A DNA stretch of 64,000 nt from Eledone cirrhosa (lineage: Eukaryota). Positions within the stretch are counted from its first letter, which is position 1. Each line of letters starts with the position of its first letter. The notes beneath the pieces were generated by a model. It made no database searches. It was not told where the DNA came from and saw nothing but the letters and a program-made list of their open reading frames with translations. Shown here in pieces: positions 42,085 to 55,400 of this stretch. A program made the translations under genes and the position numbers. The DNA is taken from the NCBI GenBank assembly GCA_964016885.1, contig OZ024742.1:2542001-2606000 (forward strand), in the 5' to 3' direction.

Positions 42085-42360
42085 CAGGTCACCAGTTGGT
42101 GCTACTGGTAACATGTATCCCAGTACAACCTGTCTCATGGTCGGGTTGTTGGCGACTAAACTGGCAACCCCACCAAGGTTTCTTGGTGAGGAGGGTGACT
42201 TTGGACATCCTGCAGGACTAAAAACAAAACCTGCCAAAGGGCAAAGGAGCTCTTAAGAGTCAATGGCCATCCAAAATCACCGGGAGAGATGACCCATTAG
42301 CCTTTGTCAAGGCAGAATTCTAGGAGAAGGAAAACTCTGATATAACACCTGCAACCCTGA
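41942..42360 (+). mobile_element. probable RTE-type LINE 5'UTR fragment; first ~53 bp duplicated around a (TA)n tract
   Basis: tgtcaggtcaccag.tggtgctactggtaacatgtatcccagtacaacctgtct at 41942 and 42082. ctaggagaaggaaaactctga at ~42320 resembles RTE 5'UTR motifs (from memory). Confidence 0.4.
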
Positions 42361-42685
42361 TGGTATTCAATGATGTTGACTTGTTCTTCTTTTTGGTAAA
42401 TTTCATCTTGGTTAAGAGAGTGGGACTGGCTTTGTGTGCCTTTGCTCACTATAAAAGCTTCACGGCACAGGCATTGCTTTATATCTGGAGATCGCTCTGC
42501 ACTTGTCGTCACATGGTACCATAGGCCTAAGACTATGTGTCAATAATTGTCACAGGTGTAGTGTTTTTACCAGAGTTTTCAACTCGCTGGCTGGACTAAA
42601 AAGTCACACTCGTTTAGCGCATCGGTAGGGGTTCTCCTACATGGATATAAAGTAGTGGCAGTACTCGAAAACGAGTTGGCAGCCA

Positions 42686-42720
<35 letters not shown>

Positions 42721-42728
<8 letters not shown>

Positions 42729-43098
42729 TAAACGGAATAGAAAATGCTGACAAATTGTTCACAGTGAAAAATAGTTTAATTAGGTATAAGTGAGAATTAG
42801 TAATAGTATTGGTTAGTATTCAGTTTTGGTTTTAAGTTTTACCGGTTGCGCATTTCTAATGCTTTTCAAAAATAATTTTGAGATAGAGCGTCCGTGATGT
42901 TTGCTCAGATCAGAGCAAACATCACGGACGCTCTATCTCAAAATTATTTTTGAAAAGTATTAGAAATGCGCAACCGGTAAAACTTAAAACCAAAACTGAA
43001 TACTAACCAATACTATTACTAATTCTCACTTATTCCTAATTCAACTATTTTTCACTGTGAACAATTTGTCAGCATTTTCTATTCCGTTTACCAATATA
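42721..43098. repeat. near-perfect ~378-bp palindrome with essentially no spacer, between (TA)n tracts
   Basis: Arms meet at gctcagatcagagc (centre ~42909/42910), with only a few mismatches along ~190-bp arms. Confidence 0.95.
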
Positions 43099-43126
43099 TA
43101 ATAACTTGTGTGTTACACCTCTATTC

Positions 43127-43171
<45 letters not shown>

Positions 43172-43176
43172 TATGT

Positions 43177-43344
<168 letters not shown>

Positions 43345-44035
43345 CATTGATTAGAGATAATTATGTGTAAAATGTCAACGAAGTCATATAGAAAAAAGTA
43401 TATGAATCCTAATTTTAAAAATACAGCTTTCCTTTATTATTTATTGTTAAAGAAAAATATAATTAAATGTAAACTGAAAGAAAAAGTTGATAAAATGATT
43501 GAAATTGTTGAAGACGAGACTGGTGAAGTCTTGAATGTGTTAAGTAAAGAAATAAAACGAAAGATATAGATAGAAAAGAAAATAAGAAATGCTTTTATAT
43601 TCATAACATTCCAACAAGTCATATATCTATCTATATATCTATGTTGTATTCTATATTGATATCTATCACATTAGCTATCTCTCTCTCTCTCTCTCTCTCT
43701 CCGTCTCCCTCTCTCTCCATCCCCCTCTCTCTCCCTCCTCCTCTCTCTCCTTCTCCCTCTCTCTCTGTTCACTCTCTCTACCCCTCAGCCCTCTCTAAAT
43801 GTCTATCTATCTCTCTTACGATGGACACATGTGCTGAGCTCGCTCGGTAAGTTTCGTTTAAATTTATCTGGAAATTGTGAACTGTAAACTTTCATTTTCG
43901 TACCATTTTGTAGAGGGACTGCCAGGTCAAATTTTGATCTGGTAATTCTCTCAAAATATTCTACGCCTTTAGGCGAAATAGTGTTGTAAACATTTTATCT
44001 TTCGAAAAATTTCGAAAAATCATATTTTTATAAAA

Positions 44036-45174
44036 ATGGCTGAAGCATCTTCACCAACAGTCAAAGGAAGAAAAGGGAAGTCATACTCACAGCTTCCCCC
44101 TGCCACTGTCACAGCAGCAGATGCCAAAGGCAGAGGTCAGCCAGAGGAAGAATTTTCTTCACCTGTTGACCGACAACTTGATGTAGCCACAACTATACAA
44201 GAAACTGAAAACAACAACAACAACGACAACAACAGCAACAATAAAGACAACAAAAACAACAACAACACAAACGTCACAAGTATCCACAAACCAAACGAGA
44301 AAGACAACAACAACAAAGATGAAAACAACTCAAACGACGAGAAACAAAACAATACAAACACCAACAACGAAAACAAAATATCTTTTGCACAAACGGCTAA
44401 ATTATCAGTCACTTATGTGCTTGAAGATATTTCAAAAGCCAAAGAACTGCTGGAAAAAGCCAAAAAATATGTATCTTTTGGCGAAAACGGTTCGTTTTCT
44501 ATAAATTCACCTCCAGAACTAAAAAAACAGACGGAATTACGAACTGTCGTATTCCGTACAATTTTAAATAAAACAAAAAAACCAGCACAACCATCTCAAG
44601 CTGAAATTCAGTTAGTACTGAAAGAAGCGATGAAAGACATCACTTTCATACAAAAGGATAAACTCTACGGGAGTTTATCCATATTGATGAAAGACGAATT
44701 GGCGGCGAAAAAATACTCTGTGTCGCCAATTCGTTCCACACACTACACCTTCTTCCCCACCTACATGGGTAAAAAAAACCCAGAGAATATGGATAACCAC
44801 CATCACCCCAAACATAAACTACTGGTGGTTACTAACCGGTTTCCTCAATTTAGACGAGGATAACCTCATTTCAATAGGGAAGGCATCCGGCGATGCGTTC
44901 AGTGGAACGAGTATCGAAGTTCTGACACAAATAAGGCCAGAACGTATCGCCCAAATCCCTGAGCGCGTCATGCTGGATGACCGTACCCACCTCAACATTA
45001 TTGTGGAGGGTAGGCGTCCCTCCTGTTACCTCTGTGGCAATAGAGGTCACCTGAGGGCTGCCTGTCCCCAGCTCACACAGAAAAAAACACTACTACCAAC
45101 ACCAACACCACCCCAACAACAACAACAAAACAACCACAACAGCAACAACACCAAAAACTAACAACACCACCACC

Positions 45175-45205
<31 letters not shown>

Positions 45206-45900
45206 ATACGTGAAAAAACAACACAGAATACTGTCCCACCCAACACCTCCCCACCCAAAACAAATACAAAAACACACACACCGCAAACACTACCAGAAAA
45301 TATACCCCTCCCACCCAACAAGGAAGACGAACCCCTTTCGTCGCAAGACGAAAAAGATCCCTTCCAAACAGTAAAAAGAAAGAAGAGGAGGCGCACCACA
45401 GACACACTTGTTAACTTTAACCCTCCCCAAGAGAACACAAATTATATACAAACCACCCCTCCCCGTCACACAACACTAACTGCTACACAAAAAAAGACTT
45501 TACAATATACATACATGAACACAGACAACAAAGAACTACTGAAAACAATTTCAGCAAACCCTTCGGTCCAAACTGAAGGGCCTAACTTTCTAACTGCTGT
45601 GGGACTACCTCATTTAAAAATGATTAAAGTCCCAATGAACTTTTATATAACACTGAAAACAAATTTCACGGGGGACGTGCCCCCCCCCCCCTGCGCCAAG
45701 CCAATCAACCGTTTCCTCCTAAAAAATCCCCACCCCATCCAGACACCCACTCAACCACAAACGCCCCAACCCCACAACACACTGATGCCCCTTCACTTCC
45801 ACAAACCACCACCCCACCCAACAACCCATCCCCAACCAGCATGGAAATTGAGCGGCCCGCTTCCCGGGACGCAGAGAGGTAAGTGCCTTTTCTCCTTACC
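44036..45900 (+). pseudogene. Tx1-like ORF1 (gag-like) with CCHC knuckle, frameshifted
   Basis: ORFs 44036-44863, 44970-45161 (LNIIVEGRRPSCYLCGNRGHLRAAC) and 45515-45919; N/Q/T/P-rich low-complexity tracts. Confidence 0.7.
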
Positions 45901-45906
45901 ACCAAC

Positions 45907-48900
45907 ATGGCTGTGCTAAGAGTAGGGTGTCTAAATGCGCGTGGCCTGGGCTCATCTTGGAAGCAAGCAATGCTTCTAAATGACCTCAGGTCACGATCTA
46001 TAAATGTGATGGTTATCTGCGAGGCCCGGATCAGCAGCATGCGACAGCTAGCCCCCACCTTTGACGAATTTGAGATGCACGCATCTCTCTGTCAGCCCGG
46101 AGGTGGGGTGGGGTTGTCGTTCTGCTTCAAAAACAGCTGGGCCTTGCCACACAGATAGTTCACTTGGACCCAGGGGGTCGACTGGTGGTGCTGGACCTTG
46201 GCAGTGGTGAAGGTAGAGCCTTTAGGCTGGTAGCCGCATATGCCCCTTTTCGGACAGAGCGGCCCGGCTTTTTCCAGCGTCTGGAGTCTTTTCTAGGGAC
46301 GTCCCGTTCCCTGCTTTTAGTGGGGGACTGGAATGGTATCCTGGATGCACGTTGGGACTATGCAGGGGCATGTCCCGATAGAGAGGGGTCCAACAGCCTC
46401 AAGGGGTTACTCGGCCGATTTGACCTGGCCGATAGATTTCGACTAGATTTTCCGACGGTGCCAACCTGGTCTTGGTCAAATCGCAGCGGATCATCTAGGT
46501 CGTACCTAGATAGGTTTTTAGTTAGAAATAAGGACAGGGACTTTTTAAGTTGTCCAGAAATGCTCATGGTTGGCTATTCAGACCACAAGTTGGTGACCTG
46601 CATGGTCAACCTTGATAGAACGCATAGACAGGGCCCCGGTTACTGGAAGCTCAACTTGTCCTTGCCGGCAAGTAGAGCTTACAGGGATCGGATTAGTACG
46701 TTAGTTAAGGAACGGTTGACTGGAGCGATCGACAACAGCAGGTGGTGGGTATCTCTAAAGAGAGAGATTAGAGTAGTCTCGATAGAATTTAGTAAGGCTC
46801 TAGCTGCGGATAGGAATAGGAAGGAAAGGGAGCTAATAGATAGAGTAGAAGAGGCAATTAGAAGCGGCGACGTGGCCAGAGTGCTAGCGTCGAGAACGGC
46901 TTTGAGCCAGTTTTTCGACGCGAAGCAGGAAGGCTGCGTTGTCCGAAGTAAAATACGTGATCTAGGGAACGAGGGGACCAAAGCTGTTAGCTGGGCCCGC
47001 CTGACAGAGGCCAACAGTGGGACTAAATCCACCATCCGGTCTTTGCGAGACCAGGATGGACGGGCGATTCTTGAGCCTAAGCAGATGTGTGAGGCCTTTC
47101 AAAGGCACTTTGCCCGACTGTTCGGAAGGGGCGGCTAGCCGGTTGGGAATGTGGACTTCGGTCCATACCTCGACGGCCTGCCGCGTCTCTCGGACAGGGA
47201 GGCGAAGTCCTACGAGGAGCCGATTTCGGCCGCTGAGATAGAGGACGTGCTGAGCCAATGCGGCAAACGCAAATCCCCGGGTCTCGATGGTCTTCCATAC
47301 GAATTATATCTAGCTATGCCGGACTTGTTCCCCGATTCCTCGAGGCGGTCTACTGCAACTGGCAACAGAACGTGAGAATTCCCTGTACTGTGACCAAGGG
47401 CGTAGTCACGCTAGTGAGGAAGGACGAGAACAAGGGGGACGAAATAAGTAACTTCAGGCCCATAACTCTGCTAAATACAGAGTTACAGATTTTGGCCAAG
47501 GTGCTAGCAAAGAGGTTGGCGCTTGTCGTGGGCAATCTGGTGGGAGATGCGCAGACATGTGCTATCCCGTCCAGGTCCATCCATGACAACCTCCATCTCA
47601 TGCGATACATCATAGAGAGGGTTAATAACGAACCCGGCTTTGGTGGGGCTCTGATCAACTTGGATCAATCTAAGGCGTTCGATAGGGTCGACCATGGTTA
47701 CCTGGATGCAGTGCTAGCGGCGGCAGGCTTCGGACCCGTTTTCAGGGGCTGGATCACTGCTATGCATAGCAGCCACATCTGCTCTAGGGTCAAGGTGAAC
47801 GGCTACCTCTCGGAGCCATTCAAAATCGCGCGGTCCATCCGACAAGGGTGCCCTCTCTCCTCCCTTCTGTATGTGTTGACTCTCGAGCCACTACTGCGGA
47901 AGTTGGAGTTGTTGCAGGGCATCCCTTTGGAACCGGGATTGCAGAAAGCGGTGTCGGCCTACGCCGATGACGTGACAGTAATGGTGTCGACGGCCTCCGA
48001 AATCGGGGCGGTCGGCACCTTACTGGAGGAGTACGAAAGGTTCACAGGGGCTAAGCTGAACCGGGACAAGTTGATCGGTTTGCAACTCGGCACGTGGAGG
48101 GGCAGACCGATGCCCTCCGATGGCGTCGTCGGACGCTGGACGGAGGGCCCGGTGAAGTTGCTCGGGGTCTGGTTCGGACCAGACCTCCAGGTGGAGAAGA
48201 ACTGGGCGGAGGTTACGAACAGGTATTTGCACTGACCCAGATGTGGGCCAGTTGCAAACTATCCCTGAAAGGTCGGGCGGAGGTGGCGAACACCTATATA
48301 GCGTCCGTCATCTACTACCACCTGACCGTAGTGCCTTGCCCAAGGGAAACCCTCGTCAAGATGGAGCGCGCGCTCTTCCAATTCCTTTGGAAGAGGCGGG
48401 CTCCCTTGGTGAGGAGATCCATCTGCTGTCAACACCCTTCGAAAGGAGGGCTGGGGATGCCGTGGCTCATGATGCGTAAACACGCACTAAGGCTACGGCA
48501 CCTCCACGTATTCCTCACCGGTCAACCGGTGTGGGCCTCGTTTGTGAGACGAACCTTTCCCAGACTCGTTTCACTCACCGAGCTGCAATCCTGGGTCAAG
48601 CAAAGACCGAGAAAACTAGGCGCCTGGCACACTGAGTGTGCCCAGGCGCTCACCGCCCTCTGGCAGGCGGATCCGGTTATCGGTGGAGACTCCACCGCAA
48701 CATTCTATAGAGGGCTGGTACGCAGCAGGTGCGACGACGCCCTCGGAGAAGCCCTAGACATGGAGGACGACGAACTGGCCAGCCTGTTCGATAGGACATT
48801 CAGCCCGGGACCTATGGACAACTTCCAGAAGTCCCTGTCCTGGCAGTGCTACCGAGGGGCTCTACCCGTTCGAGAAAAGCTCTACAGACACGGGTGCCCG

Positions 48901-49297
48901 GGTAGGGACCCTGCCAAAAAGATCTGTCCCATTGGTACACTGCTCGGGCGTAGCCGATCTGTGGGGCCATGTCGAACAACAGCTGTCAAGGGTGGGACCG
49001 ATCCGGTTGACCACCGAGTCTATTGTAATGATCAAGCCGCCTCCCCCCTTCAAAGATGAAGGAGAGGCGTGCGTAATAGCCATGGTGAAAGAAGTTGTAT
49101 GGTGGACGCGTCTAAAAGGACTGAGGTCAGACACCTTTCTCTCTGGCCAACAACTGGTCCGTTTCTTCCGATATCATTTCGGAAGAAGGATCAGGATGGA
49201 GAGAGAGGTGCTGCACCCCAGTCGTTTTTATGAAAGGTGGGTGAAAGTGGCGAGAATGGCCCGTGTGAATGGGCCTTCTCTTTACATAAGCCTGTAG
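45907..49297 (+). pseudogene. Tx1-like ORF2: APE + RT + C-terminal region, frameshifted
   Basis: LNARGL, AAYAP, GDWN, YLDRF, SDH, GYWKLN, KSPGLDGLPYE, NFRPITLLN, LDQSKAFDRVDH, IRQGCPLS, AYADD, GGLG. Confidence 0.92.
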
Positions 49298-49561
49298 GTG
49301 GAAAAGAGGAAGGAACGAGGGAGCACCCCCTCTCTGTGCTCCTGGGGAGAAGGGTTGCACACTTTTTTCGGGGGTATGTGCGACCCCCCAAGGCGCCTCC
49401 TCTCTATTGAGGATTTTGTTATAAATTTTATTTTTTGTTATATTTTATTTTATTTTTATATTTTGTTATTGCCTCCTCCATATTGAGGACGCCTTGTTTT
49501 GTAAACTCCCCTCATTGTACTTGTCCCACTTTTGATGCCCTGGTGGCAAATAAAAGAAACA

Positions 49562-49616
<55 letters not shown>

Positions 49617-49618
49617 CT

Positions 49619-51465
49619 ATCTGCTCTAGGGTCAAGGTGAACGGCTACCTCTCGGAGCCGTTCAAAATCGCGCGGTCCATCCGACAAGGGTGCCCTCTCT
49701 CCTCCCTTCTGTATGTATTGACTCTCGAGCCACTACTGCGGAAGTTGGAGTTGTTGCAGGGCATCCCTTTGGAACCGGGATTGCGGAAAGCGGTGTCGGC
49801 CTACGCCGATGACGTGACAGTAATGGTGTCGACGGCCTCCGAAATCGAGGCGGTCGGCACCTTACTGGAGGAGTACGAAAAGTTCACAGGGGCTAAGCTG
49901 AACCGGGACAAGTCGATCGGTTTGCAACTCGGCACGTGGAGGGGCAGACCGATGCCCTCCGATAGCGTCGTCGGACGCTGGACGGAGGGCCCGGTGAAGT
50001 TGCTCGGGGTCTGGTTCGGACCGGACCTCCAGGTGGAGAAAAACTGGGCGGAGGTTACGAACAGAGTGTTTGCACTGACCCAGAAGTGGGCCAGTTGCAA
50101 ACTATCCCTGAAAGGTCGGGCGGAGGTGGCGAACACCTACATAGCGTCCGTCATCTACTACCGCCTGACCGTAGTGCCCTGCCCAAGGGAAACCCTCACC
50201 AAGATGGAGCGCGCGCTCTTCCAATTCCTTTGGAAGAGGCGGGCTCCTATGGTGAGGAGATCCATCTGCTGTCAACACCCTTCGAAAGGAGGGCTGGGGA
50301 TGCCGTGGCTAATGATGCGTAAACACGCATTAAGGCTACGGCACCTCTACGTATTCCTCACCGGACAACCGGTGTGGGCCTCGTTTGTGAGACGAACCTT
50401 TCCCAGACTCGTCTCACTCACCGAGCTGCAATCCTGGGTCAAGCAAAGACCGAGAAAACTGGGCGCCTGGCACACTGAGTGTGCCCAGGCGCTCACCGCC
50501 CTCTGGCAGGCGGATCCGGTTATCAGTGGAGACTCCACCGCAACATTCTATAGAGGGCTGGTACGCAGCAGGTGCGACGACGCCCTCGGAGAAGCCCTAG
50601 ACATGGAGGAGGACGAACTGGCCAGCCTTTTCGGTAGGACATTCAGCCCGGGACCTATGGACAACTTCCAGAAGTCCCTGGCCTGGCAGTGCTACCGAGG
50701 GGCTTTACCCGTTCGAGAAAGGCTCTACAGACACGGGCGCCCGGGTAGGGACCCCGCCAAAAAGATCTGTCCCAGATGCGTGTGCGACGAGGAAACCGTT
50801 GCACACGCATTAGTACACTGCTCGGGCGTAGCCGATCTGTGGGGCTATGTCGAACAACTGCTGTCAAGGGTGGGACCGATCCGGTTGACCACCGAGTCTA
50901 TTGTAATGATCAAGCCGCCTCCCCCCTTCAAAGATGAAGCAGAGGCGGTGTTTCTGTGCGTAATAGCCATGGCGAAAGAGGTTGTATGGTGGACGCGTCT
51001 GAAAGGACTGAGGTCGGGCACCTTTCTCTCTGGCCAACAACTGGTCCGTTTCTTCCGATATCATTTCGGAAGAAGGATCAGGATGGAGAGAGAGGTGCTG
51101 CACCCCAGCCGTTTCTATGAAAGATGGGTGAAAGTGGCGAGAATGGCCCGTGTGAATGGGCCTTCACTCTACATCAGACTATAGGTGAGGAAGATGAAAG
51201 ACCAAGGGAGCACCCCTTCTCTGTGCTCCTGAGGAGAAGGGTTGCACACTTTTTTCGGGGGTGTGTGCGACCCCCCAAGGCGCCTCCTCTCTATTGAGGA
51301 TTTTGTTAAAAATTTTATTTTTTGTTATATCTTATTTTATTTTTATATTTTGTTATTGCCTCCTCCTTATTGAGGACGCCTTTTTGTGTAAACTCCCCCC
51401 TTTGTACTTGTCCCACTTTTGATGCCCTAGTGGCAAATAAAAGAAATATATCTATCTATCTATCT
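49619..51465 (+). mobile_element. second, 5'-truncated copy of the same Tx1-like LINE, directly abutting the first copy's (ATCT)n
   Basis: 49619-51184 is an uninterrupted frame from mid-RT to the stop, including CPRC...H...C, which is deleted in copy 1. Same 3'UTR and (TATC)n end. Confidence 0.92.
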
Positions 51466-51594
51466 ATAAATGTGTAGTTTTTGAGTGAGTGTATGTGTAC
51501 GTATAGATACAGACATATATACATGCACACACACACAGACACATATTATTGTGGCAATAAATGTTAGAAATATTTATAAACGATATAAGTGAAG

Positions 51595-51725
51595 ACAGAA
51601 ACAAACAAAAAAGCAACAACAACACCACCACCAACAACAACAACACAACAGCAACACAACAAGAACAACAACACAACAACAACAACAACAGCAACACAAC
51701 AATAATAACAACAACAACAACAACG
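51595..51725 (+). repeat. (CAA)n-rich microsatellite
   Basis: Direct observation. Confidence 0.85.
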
Positions 51726-52122
51726 AGTTTATATAACGGCCAAATTGAATTGCAGAATATACATAAGAAGAGGTGAAGGGTGTGGTTAGGGAGTTCGCTT
51801 GTCCACCACGTGGATCTGGGTTTCGTCCATTTTTATGGTACCTTGCACAAGGGGTATTCTATTTCAGCCCTGGTTTGTCCAATGTTTTGTCCATAGAGTT
51901 AGATATACGAAAACTGTCTTATATACCTGGATTATCTGATATCTGGAGAATCAAGCAAACTGGGAACTTCGCGTTTTCATAAATTAATGATTTGCTTAAG
52001 TGAAACCAAATAGTCATATATTAGTGGCATAGGGATGTGATTAAAAATCAGAATAACATTTATATAATTTATTCATTGAATATAATTACATGTAACAGAG
52101 GTTCTTATTTTAATAATAATAA

Positions 52123-52427
52123 GATATGGTATTAATAGAGAAAGAAAGCAAACAGTGTTGGATCATAGATTTAGCCTGTCCAGTTGATAACAAGGTATGC
52201 GATAAAGAAATTGATACATATGACAGGTGAGCTTGGGAGGTTAAGCAGTTTTGGTCACTGAAAAAGGTGGTGGTAATGTCAACAATAGTTGGAGTATTGG
52301 GAAGAGTGAGTAAAGTTATTGAGAAGTACATTAAACAAATAGGGATTGCAATACTGGTGGAGCGCTTAGAACAATAACAGCATTGCTTAGAACAACACGA
52401 ATACTCCGGAAGGTACTAAAAAAATAA
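52123..52427 (+). pseudogene. C-terminal restriction-like endonuclease (RLE) region of an R4/Dong-like non-LTR retrotransposon, 5'-truncated at (TAA)4
   Basis: Manual translation: DMVLIEKESKQCWIIDLACPVDNKVCDKEIDTYDR*AWEVKQFWSLKKVVVMSTIVGVLGRVSKVIEKYIKQIGIAILVERLEQ/TALLRTTRILRKVLKK*. This fits the R4-clade (P)D..D..P.D..KE...W...V..GALG...ALL..ARILR.VL pattern. Preceded by taataataataa at 52111-52122. Confidence 0.8.
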
Positions 52428-55400
52428 GGCGTGTTACCTCATTTCACTACCAGTGAACTTAGGTAAAACTGTAATACATTTCCAGTGTTAGAAGCTGAAA
52501 TAAGGGGTCTTACCTCAGTTCATAAACCAGCGAACAACTAACACTGTAGTACATCTCCAGTGTTAGAAGCAGAGATAAGAGTGTTACCTCAGTTCATAAA
52601 CCAGCGAACAACTAACACTGTAACACATCTCCAGTGTTAGAAGCTGAGATAAGGAGTGTTACCTTAGTTCACTGGTAGTGAACAGTTAACACTGCATTAC
52701 ATCTCCAGTGTTAGAAGCTGAGATAAGGGGTGTTACCTCAGTGCACTGTTAGTGAACAGCTAACACTGTAATACATCTCCAGGGTTAGAAGCTTAGATAA
52801 GGGGTGTTACCTCAGTTCACTGTTAGTGAACAGCTAACACTGTAATACATCTCCAGTGTGAGAAGCTGAGATAAGGGGTGTTACCTCAGTGCACTGTTAG
52901 TGAACAGCTAACACTGTAATACATCTCCAGGGTTAGAAGCTTAGATAAGGGGTGTTACCTCAGTTCACTGTTAGTGAACAGCTAACACTGTAATACATCT
53001 CCAGTGTGAGAAGCTGAGATAAGGGGTGTTACCTCAGTTAACTGGTAGTGAACAGCTAACACTGTAATACATCTCCAGTGTGAGAAGCTGAGATAAGGGG
53101 TGTTACCTCAGTTCACTGTTAGTGAACAGCTAACACAGTAATACATCTCCAGTGTGAGAAGCTGAGATAAGGGGTGTTACCTCAGTGCACTGTTAGTGAA
53201 CAGCTAACACAGTAATACATCTCCAGGGTTAGAAGCTTAGATAAGGGGTGTTACCTCAGTTCACTGTTAGTGAACAGCTAACACTGTAATACATCTCCAG
53301 TGTGAGAAGCTGAGATAAGGGGTGTTACCTCAGTTAACTGGTAGTGAACAGCTAACACTGTAATACATCTCCAGTGTTAAAAGCTAAGATAAGGGGTGTT
53401 AGCTCAGTTCACCGGTAGTGAACAGATAACACTGTAATACATCTCCAGTGTTAAAAGCTGAGATAAGGGGTGTTAGCTCAGTTCACCGGTAGTGAACAGC
53501 TAGCACTAATACAACTCCAGTGTTAGAAGCTGAGATAAGGGGTGTTACCTCAGTTAACTGGTAGTGAACAGCTAACACTGTAATACATCTCCAGTGTTAG
53601 AAGCTGAGATAAGGGGTGTTACCTCAGTTAACTGGTAGTGAACAGCTAACACTGTAATACATCTCCAGTGTTAAAAGCTGAGATAAGGGGTGTTAGCTCA
53701 GTTCACCGGTAGTGAACAGATAACACTGTAATACATCTCCAGTGTTAAAAGCTGAGATAAGGGGTGTTAGCTCAGTTCACCGGTAGTGAACAGCTAACAC
53801 TGTAATACATCTCCAGTGTTAAAAGCTAAGATAAGGGGTGTTAGCTCAGTTCACCGGTAGTGAACAGCTAACACTGTAATACATCTCCAGTGTTAGAAGC
53901 TGAGATAAGGGGTGTTAGCTCAGTTCACCGGTAGTGAACAGATAACACTGTAATACATCTCCAGTGTTAGAAGCTGAGATAAGGGGTGTTACTTCAGTTC
54001 ACTGGTAGTGAACAGCTAGCACTAATACAACTCCAGTGTTAGAAGCTGAGATAAGGTGTGTTACCTTAGTTCACTGGTAGTGAACAATTAACACTGCATT
54101 ACATCTCAAGTGTTAGAAGCTGAGATAAGGGGTGTTACCTCAGTTCACTGTTAGTGAACAGCTAACACTGTAATACATCTCTAGTGTTAGAAGCTGAGAT
54201 AAGGTGTGTTACCTTAGTTCACTGTTAGTGAACAGCTAACACTGTAATACATCTCCAGTGTTAGAAGCTGAGATAAGGCGTGTTACCTCAGTTCACTGTT
54301 AGTAAAAAGCTAACACTGTAATACATCTCCAGGGTTAGAAGCTTAGATAAGGGGTGGTACCTCAGTTCACTGTTAGTGAACAGCTAACACAGTAATACAT
54401 CTCCAGGCTTAGAAGCTTAGATAAGGGGTGTTACCTCAGCACACTGTTAGTGAACAGCTAACACTGTAATACATCTCCAGTGTTAGAAGCTGAGATAAGG
54501 GGTGTTACCTCAGTTCACCGGTAGTGAACAGCTAGCACTAATACAACTCCAGTGTTAGAAGCTGAGATAAGGGGTGTTACCTTAGTTCACTGGTAGTGAA
54601 CAGTTAACACTGCATTACATCTCCAGTGTTAGAAGCTGAGATAAGGGGTGTTACCTCAGTTCACTGTTAGTGAACAGCTAACACTAATACATATGCAGTG
54701 TTAGAAGCTGAGATAAGGGGTGTTACTTCAGTTCACTGTTAGTGAACAGCTAACATTGTAATACATATGCAGTGTTAGAAGCTGAGATAAAGGGTGTTAC
54801 TTCAGTTCACTGTTAGTGAACAGCTAACATTGTAATAGATCTCCAGGGCTAGAAGCTGAGATAAGGGGTGTTACCTTAGTTCACTTGTATTGAACAGTTA
54901 ACATTGTAATACATCTCCAGTGTTAGAAGCTGAGATAAGGGGTGTTACCTTAGTTCACTGGTAGTGAACAGCTAACACTGTAATACATCTCCAGGGTTAG
55001 AAGCTGAGATAAGGGGTGTTACCTCAGTTAACTGGTAGTGAACAGCTAACACTATAATACGTCTCCAGTGTTAGAAACTGAGATAAGGGGTGTTACCTCA
55101 CTTCACTGGTAGTGGGCAGGTAACACTGTAACACATCTCCAGTGTTAGAAGCTGAGATACGGGGTGTTACCTCAGTTCACTGGTAGTGAACAGCTAACAC
55201 TGTAATACATCTCCAGTCTGAGAAGCAGAGATAAGGAGTGTTACCTCAGTTCACCCGCAGTGAACAGCTAACACTGTGATACATCTCCAGTGTTAAAAGC
55301 TGAGATAATGGGTGTTACCTCAGTTAACTGATAGTGAACAGTTAACACTGTAATATTTCTCCAGTGTTGAAAGCTGAGATAAGGGGTGTTACTTCAGTTC

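Larger units (their letters stand above)
43812..49560 (+). mobile_element. full-length-like Tx1/L1-clade LINE bounded by (TATC)n
   Basis: 5'UTR follows tctatctatc at ~43802-43811; then ORF1, ORF2 and a 3'UTR ending AATAAAAGAAAC followed by (ATCT)n. Confidence 0.88.

Noticed and set aside
43363-43569. Host exon or small gene
   Set aside because: AT-rich 68-aa ORF with no recognisable motif or splice support.
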